A model generated the notes under the pieces. The model made no database searches and was not told where the DNA came from. It worked only from the letters and a program-made list of their open reading frames with translations. From an uncultured Candidatus Binatia bacterium (GTDB lineage Bacteria > Desulfobacterota > Binatia > UBA9968 > JAJDTQ01), in contig OZ243916.1 in assembly GCA_965213675.1 (NCBI GenBank), forward strand, positions 1,056,001-1,120,000: a stretch of 64,000 nucleotides of DNA, in the 5' to 3' direction. Positions 8,806-17,977 of the stretch are shown here, in pieces. The first letter of the stretch is position 1. Every line of letters begins with the position of its first letter. The position numbers and the translations under genes are program-made.

Positions 8806-10035
8806 ATGACCAGGAGCGGGATCAAGGTAGACGTGACGGAGCTTGTGGATCTGACCGGCGAGTTGATCAGGATCCCGAGTTTCTGTCCGGACGAGACCCC
8901 GGTGGCGCTGTTCCTGCGGGACTACCTCTCGGATCGCGGTTACCAGGTAGAGCTTCAGGAAGTGGAGCCCGGCCGCCACCAGACCATCGCCACGCTGAAG
9001 GGCTCGGGCCGCGGCCCGAGCCTGATGTTCAACGGCCACATCGACATCAACTCCCTCACCCGTGGGGGCAAGCGGGACCCCTGGACGCCGTCGGTGGAGG
9101 GAGACCGGCTCTACGGCCACGGAGTCCAGAACATGAAAGGCGGCGTCGCCTCCATGATCGCCGCCGCCGAGGCCATCCGCCGCGCCGGTTTGACGTTGCG
9201 CGGCGACTTGGTGCTGGCCTGCGTGGCGGGCGAGACCCAGGGCGGCGAGGGCACCCACTTCCTGATGGAGAGCGGCTTCCGCACCGACGCCGCGGTGCTG
9301 ACTGAGCCCTTTGGCATCGGCAACCTCGTCACCGTGCACGGCGGCATCGTCCACTTCGCCATCCACACCTACGGCGTCACTGGACATGTGAGCCGGATCG
9401 AGGAGACCGTCAACGCCGTGGAGCAGATGACCCGCGTCATTGACGCATTGCGGCACGTCACATTCACCTGCACGCCGAGGGCCGACCTCCCTGCCCTGCC
9501 CCGACTGAACGTCGGCAGCATCATCGGCGGCCGCGGCGAGGGCTACGTGCTGACCGAGCCGCCCTACGTGCCCGACCTCTGCACCATCATCGTGGACGTG
9601 CACTTCGTGCCGGGGCAGAGCGTGGACTCGGTCATCGCTGACGTGAGGCGCGCCCTCGACCCCCTGAAGGACGGCGACCCGGGTGTCGAATACGCCATCG
9701 AGATCCCGCCGCCCGCCTTCTTCAAGGGCTGCCGGCGGCTAGTGATGGACCCCCTGGACGTGCCCCCGGACGCCGCCATCGTCCAGGCCGTGGCCCGGAA
9801 CCACCAAAGGGTCACCGGCTCCCCGCCAAGGCTCATCGGCGCCCACCTGCCCATGTCCTACTCCGCCGGCGACAGTTGCTGGTTGTGGAAATACGGCATT
9901 CCCTGCCTCCACTACGGCCCCGGCGGCGGCTTCCTGGACCCCGGCCCGGACGGCAGCTACATTTTCATCAGCGAGATGGTTACGTGCGCCGAGGTGCTGG
10001 CGCACACGGCCATGGAAGTGTGTGGAGCGGAATGA
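8806..10035 (+). CDS. M20/ArgE-DapE family deacylase/peptidase
   Basis: LMFNGHID, LYGHGVQNMKGG, GET, TEP, YGPG motifs. Confidence 0.85.
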   Translation: MTRSGIKVDVTELVDLTGELIRIPSFCPDETPVALFLRDYLSDRGYQVELQEVEPGRHQTIATLKGSGRGPSLMFNGHIDINSLTRGGKRDPWTPSVEGDRLYGHGVQNMKGGVASMIAAAEAIRRAGLTLRGDLVLACVAGETQGGEGTHFLMESGFRTDAAVLTEPFGIGNLVTVHGGIVHFAIHTYGVTGHVSRIEETVNAVEQMTRVIDALRHVTFTCTPRADLPALPRLNVGSIIGGRGEGYVLTEPPYVPDLCTIIVDVHFVPGQSVDSVIADVRRALDPLKDGDPGVEYAIEIPPPAFFKGCRRLVMDPLDVPPDAAIVQAVARNHQRVTGSPPRLIGAHLPMSYSAGDSCWLWKYGIPCLHYGPGGGFLDPGPDGSYIFISEMVTCAEVLAHTAMEVCGAE

Positions 10036-10243
10036 GCACCATGGAACTTCTCCCCCCTTCGCTGTTCAACTCCGCCCGCGGGCCCGTGACACCGACGCCG
10101 CACTCACTCATTCCGTGCGTCACCCCGGATCAGCTCCGGGGCCGGTTCCGGGATCCAGAAGCAGCAAGGAACCGGCCGTGCGGCCGGCATCGTCGTGTCG
10201 CATGGCCGCTGGGTCAGGGCCGGGATGGTCGGGAGGCGGTGCG

Positions 10244-11152
10244 GTGAGCAACAAGGACTACGATGTCACCGGCGCGGTAGACCTGCATGTTCACTGCGGG
10301 CCGGAGGGAATCCCGCGCCGGTTCGACGCGCTATCGCTGGCGCGGCACGTGGAGCGATCGGGGCTCGGCGGCGCGGTGCTCAAATCGCACATGGCCGCCA
10401 CCGGTAGCTGGGCACGGATGGCCCACGATGCCACCGGCGTCCGGCTGCACGGATCGGTGGTGCTCAACCACTATGTCGGCGGCATCAATCCCGCGGCGGT
10501 GCGCGGCGCCCTGGGACCGTCGGTGGGCGGCGAGCCCTGTCTCAAAGTCGTGTGGCTGCCGACGGTCCACGCGGCAGCGCATCTCAGCGCCCGGCAACAC
10601 GAGGGCGAACAGTACGACATCCCGCCCGAGTGGTGCGGCGGAGCGGTTTCCGCACTGGCCCGGCCCCTTGACGAAGTCGAACCCATCAACGTGCTTGCCG
10701 CCCACTTGCGGCCGCGCCTGGACGAGATCCTGCGCATGGCCGCCGACCATGATCTGGTGCTGGCCACCGGGCACGCGGGGCGGGACGAAGTGTTCTACGT
10801 CATGGAAAGGGCCAACGCGCTCCGAGTGCGAAAGGTCATCGTCACCCACCCCTGCTACGATCCCCCGGCCATCGACGTTGCGGAGCTCGCCCAGCTGGCC
10901 GCGGCCGGGGCCTACATTGAGCTGAGCTTCATCCTGGTGGACATGGGCCTGGTGTCGTACGAGCACACCGCAGCGATCCTGAGGCGGGTGGGCGCGGAGC
11001 AGACCATCCTGTCCACGGACGTGGGGCAGGTGGATCGGGTCGCTCCCGCCGAAGGACTGGCTGAACTCGGAGCGGGTCTGCTCGCGGAGGGAGTACCGCG
11101 TGAGGACATCGACACCGCGATGAAGCGTAATCCCCGGTTCCTGGTAGGGTAG
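10244..11152 (+). CDS. Amidohydrolase-fold protein (DUF6282-like)
   Basis: DLHVH, VLKSH, VWLPT, ATGH, VTHP, LSTDVGQ; GTG start after GGAGG. Confidence 0.75.
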   Translation: MSNKDYDVTGAVDLHVHCGPEGIPRRFDALSLARHVERSGLGGAVLKSHMAATGSWARMAHDATGVRLHGSVVLNHYVGGINPAAVRGALGPSVGGEPCLKVVWLPTVHAAAHLSARQHEGEQYDIPPEWCGGAVSALARPLDEVEPINVLAAHLRPRLDEILRMAADHDLVLATGHAGRDEVFYVMERANALRVRKVIVTHPCYDPPAIDVAELAQLAAAGAYIELSFILVDMGLVSYEHTAAILRRVGAEQTILSTDVGQVDRVAPAEGLAELGAGLLAEGVPREDIDTAMKRNPRFLVG

Positions 11153-11218
11153 TGAACCCGTTCGTCCGGAGCCATCAACCCGAAAAACCATGTCCGTTCG
11201 AACGTCCGGTGTCCCGTC

Positions 11219-11530
11219 CGTCATTCCCTGCCCCCCTCATCGTCATTCCCAAGTCCCTATTGATCGTCTTTCCCAAGACCCTACTCTTCGTAATTCCCGC
11301 GAAAGCTTGCCCCCGACCCCGATCGGGGGCGGGAATCCAGGGGCGGTGGTGGGGCGCCCAAACCGCTGACCCCGGCCACCCCTGGATTCCCGCTTTCGCG
11401 GGAATGACGAAGAGGGGAGACTTGGGGTTGAGGATGAGGGGTGCCGGGGTTGACGAAGAGGGGGCAGCCAGGAATGACGAAGAGCGGGACCTGGGGTTGA
11501 CGATGAGGGGTCCGGGAACGACGAAGAGGT
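11219..11530. repeat. REP cluster (GTCATTCCCGCGAAAGCGGGAATCCAG family) with decayed tandem half-repeats
   Basis: Inverted REP pair 11289-11409 flanked by ~22-24-bp units (cgtcattccc left, ggaatgacgaagagg right). Confidence 0.8.
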
Positions 11531-11551
11531 TGTAGAAGGATTGCGGTTTGC

Positions 11552-12724
11552 CTACCAGGCCATCTCCAGGCACTCCAGCACCTGCGATGCGGAGTGGATC
11601 TTCTTGGGGTTGTTGTGGGTGCTGATGTCGTCCAGCGCCGCCTCGGCCAGGGAAGGCAGCGCGTCGCGGGGGATCTCCAGGTCCCGCAGCCGCAACGGCA
11701 GCCCCATCTCCACGTTCATGCCGTAGACCACCTCGGGCGCCTCGGCGGCGGCCTTGCGGTCGTCAGCCTCGTCGACCCCCATGACCCGGGCCATGCGGGC
11801 CATGGCTTCGGTGGTGCCGTCGAGGTTCCAGCGCATGGCGTAGGGCAGCATCAGGGCGTGGATGTTGGCGTGGGGCACCGTGAAGCGGCCGCCGATGACA
11901 TGCACGATGCCGTGGTGAATGCCGGTCCAGGCGCTGTAGACGCCCATGCTGGAGAGGGTGGCGGCCACCTGCATCTCGCCGATGGCCTCGAGGTCGTTCA
12001 TGTCGTTCACAAGCCGTGGCAGCCAAGTGGTGATGGGGCCGATGGCGGCCAGACAATAGGCCTGGCTCAGGATCTGGGTCTGCGTCGAGTAGACGGCTTC
12101 CACGCAGTGGGCCAGCGCATTCATGCCGGATGCGGCCAGGAGTTTCGGCGGAGCGGTCTGGGCGGCCTCCGGATCCAGCATCACCGTCCGCGGCGACATC
12201 TTGGGATCGGCGAGAATGAGCTTGTGGCCGCCTTCCGCCAGCCCCGCGGAATAGCTGTATTCGCCGCCGGAGAACGTCGTCGGGATGGCGATGTGCGGCA
12301 GCTTGGGCGCCGGCATGGGCGGCACTTCCTTCTTGTCGGGCGGGATGAAGTGGGTCGCCAGATCCTTCAGCGGACGGCCCTCGGCCAGGAGCGCGGCCAT
12401 ACCCTTGGCGGTGTCGATGGAGCTGCCGCCGCCCACGCTCACGAACGCGTCCGCGCCGGCATCCGCGGCCCGCTGCGCCGCCACGCCAATGGAATCCGTG
12501 GGCGAATGCGGCTGCACCGTGTCGAAGACTCCCACGCACAGATCGCCCAAGGCGTCGCGCACCGCATCCAGCAGGTAGGTCTTGGCGATGGACGGCGAGG
12601 TGACGACAAACACCCGGCTCGCCTCCAGGCGTCGGACCTCCTCCGCCAACCGATTTACCACCCCGCGGCCGAAAACAATGCGCTCCACGCGCGGATTACT
12701 GTACTCGAACGCTGAAACCGCCAT
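11552..12724 (-). CDS. Iron-containing alcohol dehydrogenase / maleylacetate reductase-like
   Basis: GGGSSIDTAK, IPTTFSGGE, NALAHCVEA, HHGIVH, PHANIH. Confidence 0.88.
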   Translation of the reverse strand: MAVSAFEYSNPRVERIVFGRGVVNRLAEEVRRLEASRVFVVTSPSIAKTYLLDAVRDALGDLCVGVFDTVQPHSPTDSIGVAAQRAADAGADAFVSVGGGSSIDTAKGMAALLAEGRPLKDLATHFIPPDKKEVPPMPAPKLPHIAIPTTFSGGEYSYSAGLAEGGHKLILADPKMSPRTVMLDPEAAQTAPPKLLAASGMNALAHCVEAVYSTQTQILSQAYCLAAIGPITTWLPRLVNDMNDLEAIGEMQVAATLSSMGVYSAWTGIHHGIVHVIGGRFTVPHANIHALMLPYAMRWNLDGTTEAMARMARVMGVDEADDRKAAAEAPEVVYGMNVEMGLPLRLRDLEIPRDALPSLAEAALDDISTHNNPKKIHSASQVLECLEMAW

Positions 12725-12829
12725 CCCTCACCTCCTGGATAATCGGTACGATTTGAGACACCCGGGCGGGTTTGTCAACGGCTCTTCTCACTTCAATGGA
12801 ACAGCGAAGTCCTCGCGGAAGCCCCGGCT

Positions 12830-13297
12830 TCATGCATCCGCGACCTCGAACGCCGTCAGGTTGCGCGTCTCACGACCGAACTCCACGGCGATGAGATGGA
12901 CCGGCTTCCCCGTGCTCCGGTAGCGGTCCGCGTAACCCCTCGAACGCAACCATCGCCGAACCCGGCGGCGACAACTCCACCACCTTGAACTCGAACAGCC
13001 GGCCGCTGTTGTCCAACTGCCGTGTGTCGTCCGGAACCCAGTAGCGCAACACTCGTTGAGGCTCTAGCGGACCTCCCGGTTGGGATAACCGAGTCAATAC
13101 ACGACCTTGCCCGCCAGCTTCTCCACCGATTCGACGGTCAGACGGCCGGTCTGGAACAGCAGGGCCTCGGTGCCGATGTGATCGACATCAAAGGCCGAGA
13201 GGAGTGCCCCGTGCCCGTCATCCGCTCCAGGGGCCAACGACCCGACCCGGCGCCGAAACAGCGTCTCCACCGGAAACCGGGGCGTGCCCGTCGCCAT
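12830..13297 (-). pseudogene. Remnant of AAA-ATPase-like / PD-(D/E)XK nuclease gene
   Basis: Fragments in different frames: TGTP..LLSAFDVDHIGTEALLFQTG, LFEFKVVE, YADRYR..PVHLIAVEF. Confidence 0.75.
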
Positions 13298-13303
13298 AAA
13301 GAT

Positions 13304-15454
13304 TCACGGGGCGAGCGTTCTGGCGATACGGAACCCGAAGTCGTCGTACCGGTTCGAGGTGGGGTTCCTGAAGCGGTTGGCGGACCGGAGGAACCTCGGA
13401 ATGTCGCCCCAGGAACCGCCGCGCAACACGCGCTGGCTGCAATCCCCACCACTCACCCAAGCACTCCCGTCAGTCGGCGCTCCTTCGTAGCTGCCGTGCC
13501 AACAGTCCTCCACCCACTCATATACATTCCCATGTACATCGTGCAATCCAAATCCGTTCGCCAGAAAACTCCCCACTGGTATCGTCCGCTTACGATAGCG
13601 CCCCTTCGAACCCAACCCGTACGTGTAGTTCCCGTCGTAGTTCGCCTGGTCCGTCCCAATCGTCGATCCCATATGAAACGGCCCTGCCGTCCCCGCTCGC
13701 GCCACATACTCCCACTCCGCCTCACTCAGTAGACGATACCCCTTCCCTGTCCGCCCCGATAACCACTCCACGTACCCCTTCGCATCCTCCCAACTCACCC
13801 TTATCACTGGACGCCGCCCTCGTCCCCATCCCCCATCATCCGGCCGATACCCCCGACACCCTCCCCCTGCTACACACGCATCCCACTCCCCAAAAGTTAC
13901 CTCATACTTCCCCACCGCAAACGCCTCCCCTATCCGCACCCGGTGACGCGGCCCCTCCTCCCTGAACCTGCCTTTTTCTCCATCCGGCGATCCCATCGTG
14001 TACTCCCCAGACGGTACCACCACCATCTCCGGACACTCCCCGCAGTCCCGAAACTCCCGCCCAGGTCGCTCCGCCTCCTGCGCTCGACGCGCCGCCTCTT
14101 CACGCGCCTTCGCCTCCTGCGCCAACCGTTCCCGCCGCTGCCGCTCCAACTCTGCCCGCTGCCGTGCCGCCGCTTCCGCCATCTCCCTTGCCCTGCGCGC
14201 CTGCTCCTGCTTCTCTCGCGCGGTCTCTTCGCCCAATACCTTCAACGCCGCACCCTGCTCGGCCGTCAATCGCCCCGTCTCCCGCAACCCCTTCGAGGCC
14301 TGCCACCGCCGAATCGCCTCCTCCGTCCGCTTGCCGAAAATCCCATCCGGTTTCCCCAGATCGAAATTCAACGACGACAACCCCTCCTGGATCAGGCGCT
14401 TCGTCGCGAGATCCCAATCCGGCTCTGCCGCCGGCGCCGGGACCCTCTGAAACTCCGGTCGGGGAGGTTGAGCGCCGGGACCCGACAACCGCGGTCGCTC
14501 CGGAAAAACGCCGTCCGCACGGGCCAACGCCAGCACTTGGTCGCCACTTCCTTGCAGCGTGGCGTTCTGGATACGCTTTTCGTTCAGCCACAAGGAGTTG
14601 GTCATGTACAATTCGAGATAGGAGATCGCCTCCTTCGCCGTCACCCTGCGGTCGCTGTTAGCGTCTGCCTTCCCGTACAGTGCGTCCAGCAGGTGGTGCG
14701 TGAACCGCCCATGCTGCGCTTCCCTGTCCCAAGTGGCGATCTGCGTGCTCCTCGCCGCGGTCAGTACTACCAACCCTGCTCCCGTTTCGGGCAGCCGCGC
14801 CTCGGACGAGACCGCCGAACCCGTCACGATCACGCCCCCATCGCTGTTGCCCGAGAAGCAGGTGTCCAGGAACACCCGCACCGACCTGACGCCCCGCAGC
14901 TTTCCCAGATTCCGGTAAAGCACCTCGAGGCTGTACCCTTCCACCCGGGCCGCGGAGACCGGCACGTCCACGGGCAAGAGATAGGGCTTCCCCTTGTGCG
15001 CGCCAGGCACGCCATACCCTTGGTCCCCGGCAGGGACGCCGTGCCCCGAATAGTACACCAACACATCCTTGTCCGAGTCCTGGTCCATGCCTCGAAGGAG
15101 CGCCAGTCGCGCCTTAAGGTCGTTCATCTCCGTGTCCGGCCCGCCCAGCACCTCCAGCATCTGCCGCCGGGTGGCGTTGGGTATGTGAATCACGTCCTCC
15201 CTGGCGTAACCGAGGACGTCCACGACGTAGCGCTTGAACGCTTCCGCGTCCCGGAGCGCGTAGTCCACGGGCGGAATGTTTCTGGACTGGTAATCCTTGT
15301 TGCCGATGATCACGGCGATGCCAGGCCGCTCGGCTTGCGCTTCCGCGCTCCAGACCGCCACGCACACCACCGCCACGACGGCCGGCAACAACCCCTCGCA
15401 AACCGACCTTGTCCAGCTTGTCCACGGTGTCGCCACGAGTTCTTTCGCCATCAC
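13304..15454 (-). CDS. Secreted caspase (C14) + peptidoglycan-binding + coiled-coil + FGE/C-type lectin protein
   Basis: Signal peptide; YYSGHG and FLDTCFSG dyad; DGIFGKRTEEAIRRWQ; complete FGE motif set. Confidence 0.92.
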   Translation of the reverse strand: MMAKELVATPWTSWTRSVCEGLLPAVVAVVCVAVWSAEAQAERPGIAVIIGNKDYQSRNIPPVDYALRDAEAFKRYVVDVLGYAREDVIHIPNATRRQMLEVLGGPDTEMNDLKARLALLRGMDQDSDKDVLVYYSGHGVPAGDQGYGVPGAHKGKPYLLPVDVPVSAARVEGYSLEVLYRNLGKLRGVRSVRVFLDTCFSGNSDGGVIVTGSAVSSEARLPETGAGLVVLTAARSTQIATWDREAQHGRFTHHLLDALYGKADANSDRRVTAKEAISYLELYMTNSLWLNEKRIQNATLQGSGDQVLALARADGVFPERPRLSGPGAQPPRPEFQRVPAPAAEPDWDLATKRLIQEGLSSLNFDLGKPDGIFGKRTEEAIRRWQASKGLRETGRLTAEQGAALKVLGEETAREKQEQARRAREMAEAAARQRAELERQRRERLAQEAKAREEAARRAQEAERPGREFRDCGECPEMVVVPSGEYTMGSPDGEKGRFREEGPRHRVRIGEAFAVGKYEVTFGEWDACVAGGGCRGYRPDDGGWGRGRRPVIRVSWEDAKGYVEWLSGRTGKGYRLLSEAEWEYVARAGTAGPFHMGSTIGTDQANYDGNYTYGLGSKGRYRKRTIPVGSFLANGFGLHDVHGNVYEWVEDCWHGSYEGAPTDGSAWVSGGDCSQRVLRGGSWGDIPRFLRSANRFRNPTSNRYDDFGFRIARTLAP

Positions 15455-15597
15455 GTGCAGTCTCCTTCGTTCAATCGCCGGACATCAGCTCGCCGTGAAA
15501 AAACAACACAGCGATGGACAGTTTTCAACAGGTGGCCGGCAGGTCCATTCAAAGTCGGCAAACCCTTCACGGTCCGTCCTGTCAGTCGCCCCTTTCA

Positions 15598-15657
15598 CCG
15601 TTCGTCCTGAGCCCTTCGGGAGGCTCAGGATAGACTTCGCGGAGCGAAGTCCCAGGA
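15598..15657. repeat. REP-like palindrome (CCGTTCGTCCTGAG family)
   Basis: tcctgagcccttcgggaggctcagga hairpin; related inverted copy at ~48393-48425. Confidence 0.55.
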
Positions 15658-15782
15658 CGCCATCATCACCCGGCGGAACCCACTTTCACCCCCTCGTGTG
15701 CGACGCCAAACCGACATGGAAGATTGCCACGAAAGCCGGATCCATGGGCGGGTTTCGTCGGCCTGGGCGCCCCACCGCCGCC

Positions 15783-15811
15783 CCTGGATTCCCGCTTTCG
15801 CGGGAATGACG
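15783..15811. repeat. REP palindrome
   Basis: cctggattcccgctttcgcgggaatgacg. Confidence 0.75.
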
Positions 15812-16093
15812 GAAGAGGGACACGGGCATGGGGAATGGTTGCACGGCCAGCAGGGTGATTTCCCAAACATGGCGATCAGGAAGAAGGGTTGCGGGGGTTG
15901 GGAAGGGTTGCGGGGGTGACGGAGAGGGGGGGCTGGACTTTCAAAGTACCCGGAGGTCGTCGGTCACGGCCATCGCCACGGCGTGGGCCGCGCGGTTTGA
16001 CACATCCCCAGCTCGCGGGCATGCTTCGGCCGTGCACTCCACCGCACGTCACGGACTGCACACCCTCACACACCCACTCCCGGGAGACGAAAC

Positions 16094-17545
16094 ATGAGCG
16101 ACGTTCGTTTTGTGGACACCACCGTGCGCGACGGCAATCAGAGCCTGTGGGCGCTGAACATGCGCACGGACGCCATGCTCGCGGTGGCGGAGCACATTGA
16201 CGAGGCCGGGTTCGAGTCGGCCGAGTTCTTCGTCACGGTGATGTTCAAGAAGCTCGTGCGCGAGCAGAAGGAAGACGCCTGGGACTGGTTCCGGCTGGGC
16301 ACCAAGCGCTTCCGCAAGACGCCGCTCAGGCTTCACGGCGGGCTCAAGCTCATCGAGAAGATCCCGGTGTGCGTGTTCGAGCTGATGATCCGGCGCATCA
16401 TGGACTACGGCATCACGCTCACGCGCACGTCCAACTCGTGGAACAACTACGAGGAGTTCGAGGTGGAGAAGGCCGGGCTCAAGAAACTCGGCATGGACAC
16501 GGTGGTGAACCTGATCTACTCGGTGTCGCCGCGCCACACCGATGAATACTACGCGCAAAAGGCGCGGGAGGCGGCGGCCCTGAACCCGGTGCGCATTTGC
16601 TTCAAGGACGTGGGCGGACTCCTCACCCTGGAGCGGGCGCGCACGCTCATTCCCATCGTGCTGGAGAACATCGGCGACACGCCGGTGGAGTTCCACGCCC
16701 ACTGCAACAACGGGTTGGCGCCGCTCTGCTATCTGGAAGCCGTGGACATGGGCCTGACCACGCTCCACACCGGCATCCCGCCGCTGGCCAACGGCTCGGC
16801 CCAACCCTCCATCTTCAACGTGGCGCGGAACCTGCGCGCCATGGGGCACAACCCGATCATCGACGAGGAGGCGCTCCGGCCGGTGAGCGAGAAGCTCCAC
16901 TACATCGCCCGGCGCGACAATCTGCCGGTGGGCCGGGTGGTGGAATACGACGAGTCCCAATACACCCACCAGGTCCCCGGCGGCATGATCTCCAATTTTC
17001 GCCACCAGCTCGCCCTCATCGACAAGCGCGACAAGCTCGACGCGATCCTGGAGGAATGCGTGCAGGTGCGCAAGGAGTGGGGCTACCCCATCATGGTGAC
17101 GCCGCTGTCCCAGTTCGTGGGCACCCAGGCGGCCATCAACGTCATCGTTGGCGAGCGCTACAAGGAAGTCACCGACCAGGCCATTCAGTACGCCCTCGGG
17201 TACTGGGGCAAGGAAGGGGCCGAGTACATGGACCCGGAGGTCAAGGACAAGATCCTGGGCCGGCCGCGCGCCAGGGAATGGGAACACTGGGAGTTGCCGG
17301 CGCCGTCCATCCAGGAAGTGCGCCGGCAGATCGGCGCCACGCATCTGTCCGACGAGGAGTTCCTGCTGTGGGTGTTTGCCGGCGAGGAGGCGGTCAAGGC
17401 CCTGCCCGACGGCGGCCGCCCCAAGGAATACCTGAGCGCCCGCACGCCGCTGGTGCGTCTGGTGGGCGAGTTGACCCGCCAGGAAAAGGCGAACCACATT
17501 CACATTCGGAAGCCGGACTTCTCGCTGACGCTGGGGCGCGCGTGA
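16094..17545 (+). CDS. Pyruvate carboxylase subunit B / oxaloacetate decarboxylase alpha-like carboxyltransferase (no biotinyl domain)
   Basis: DTTVRDGNQSL, FKDVGG, HAHCNNG, HQVPGGMISN, GYPIMVTPLSQ. Confidence 0.88.
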   Translation: MSDVRFVDTTVRDGNQSLWALNMRTDAMLAVAEHIDEAGFESAEFFVTVMFKKLVREQKEDAWDWFRLGTKRFRKTPLRLHGGLKLIEKIPVCVFELMIRRIMDYGITLTRTSNSWNNYEEFEVEKAGLKKLGMDTVVNLIYSVSPRHTDEYYAQKAREAAALNPVRICFKDVGGLLTLERARTLIPIVLENIGDTPVEFHAHCNNGLAPLCYLEAVDMGLTTLHTGIPPLANGSAQPSIFNVARNLRAMGHNPIIDEEALRPVSEKLHYIARRDNLPVGRVVEYDESQYTHQVPGGMISNFRHQLALIDKRDKLDAILEECVQVRKEWGYPIMVTPLSQFVGTQAAINVIVGERYKEVTDQAIQYALGYWGKEGAEYMDPEVKDKILGRPRAREWEHWELPAPSIQEVRRQIGATHLSDEEFLLWVFAGEEAVKALPDGGRPKEYLSARTPLVRLVGELTRQEKANHIHIRKPDFSLTLGRA

Positions 17546-17590
17546 GGCGACTGAGGAAAGGGACGCGATGGAATTCTGGATCGTGTCGAA

Positions 17591-17767
17591 TCAGTTGACG
17601 AAAGCCTTCACCACCAAGCCAACGACGCCCGCGAGGACCAATGCCACCATCACTTCCGAACGAATCAGTCGTGATTCGAAGCTCGCGATTTCTTCCGCTG
17701 CGTCACGAGCCTTGTCGTCCGGAGCTCCGGCAGCCTTGAGCGCGTCATAGGTCTTGGACAGCATCAT
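17591..17767 (-). CDS. Small DUF1640-like membrane-anchored protein
   Basis: YDALKAAGAPDDKARDAAE + C-terminal TM helix. Confidence 0.6.
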   Translation of the reverse strand: MMLSKTYDALKAAGAPDDKARDAAEEIASFESRLIRSEVMVALVLAGVVGLVVKAFVN

Positions 17768-17977
17768 GGCCCTATTTGGATTATAGCCATTCCCGGCGCC
17801 CATGCAAAAGCCTGCGGGCAACCGGGGAAACGAGCAATTCCCCGTTTGGCCTTGATGGTTTCGGCAAGGAGCGTGGCGAGTTTGTAGATTGACACGCTTC
17901 CCCCGATCCGATAATCCCCGGAAGACGGTCATCCGTCATCCGGGACCGCTCCATTCCATTCCCAGGGAGGGTACACC

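Noticed and set aside
11152-11573. CRISPR array or small proteins (VIPAKAGIQ ORFs)
   Set aside because: Units are degenerate REP halves with very short linkers; no cas genes in the window.
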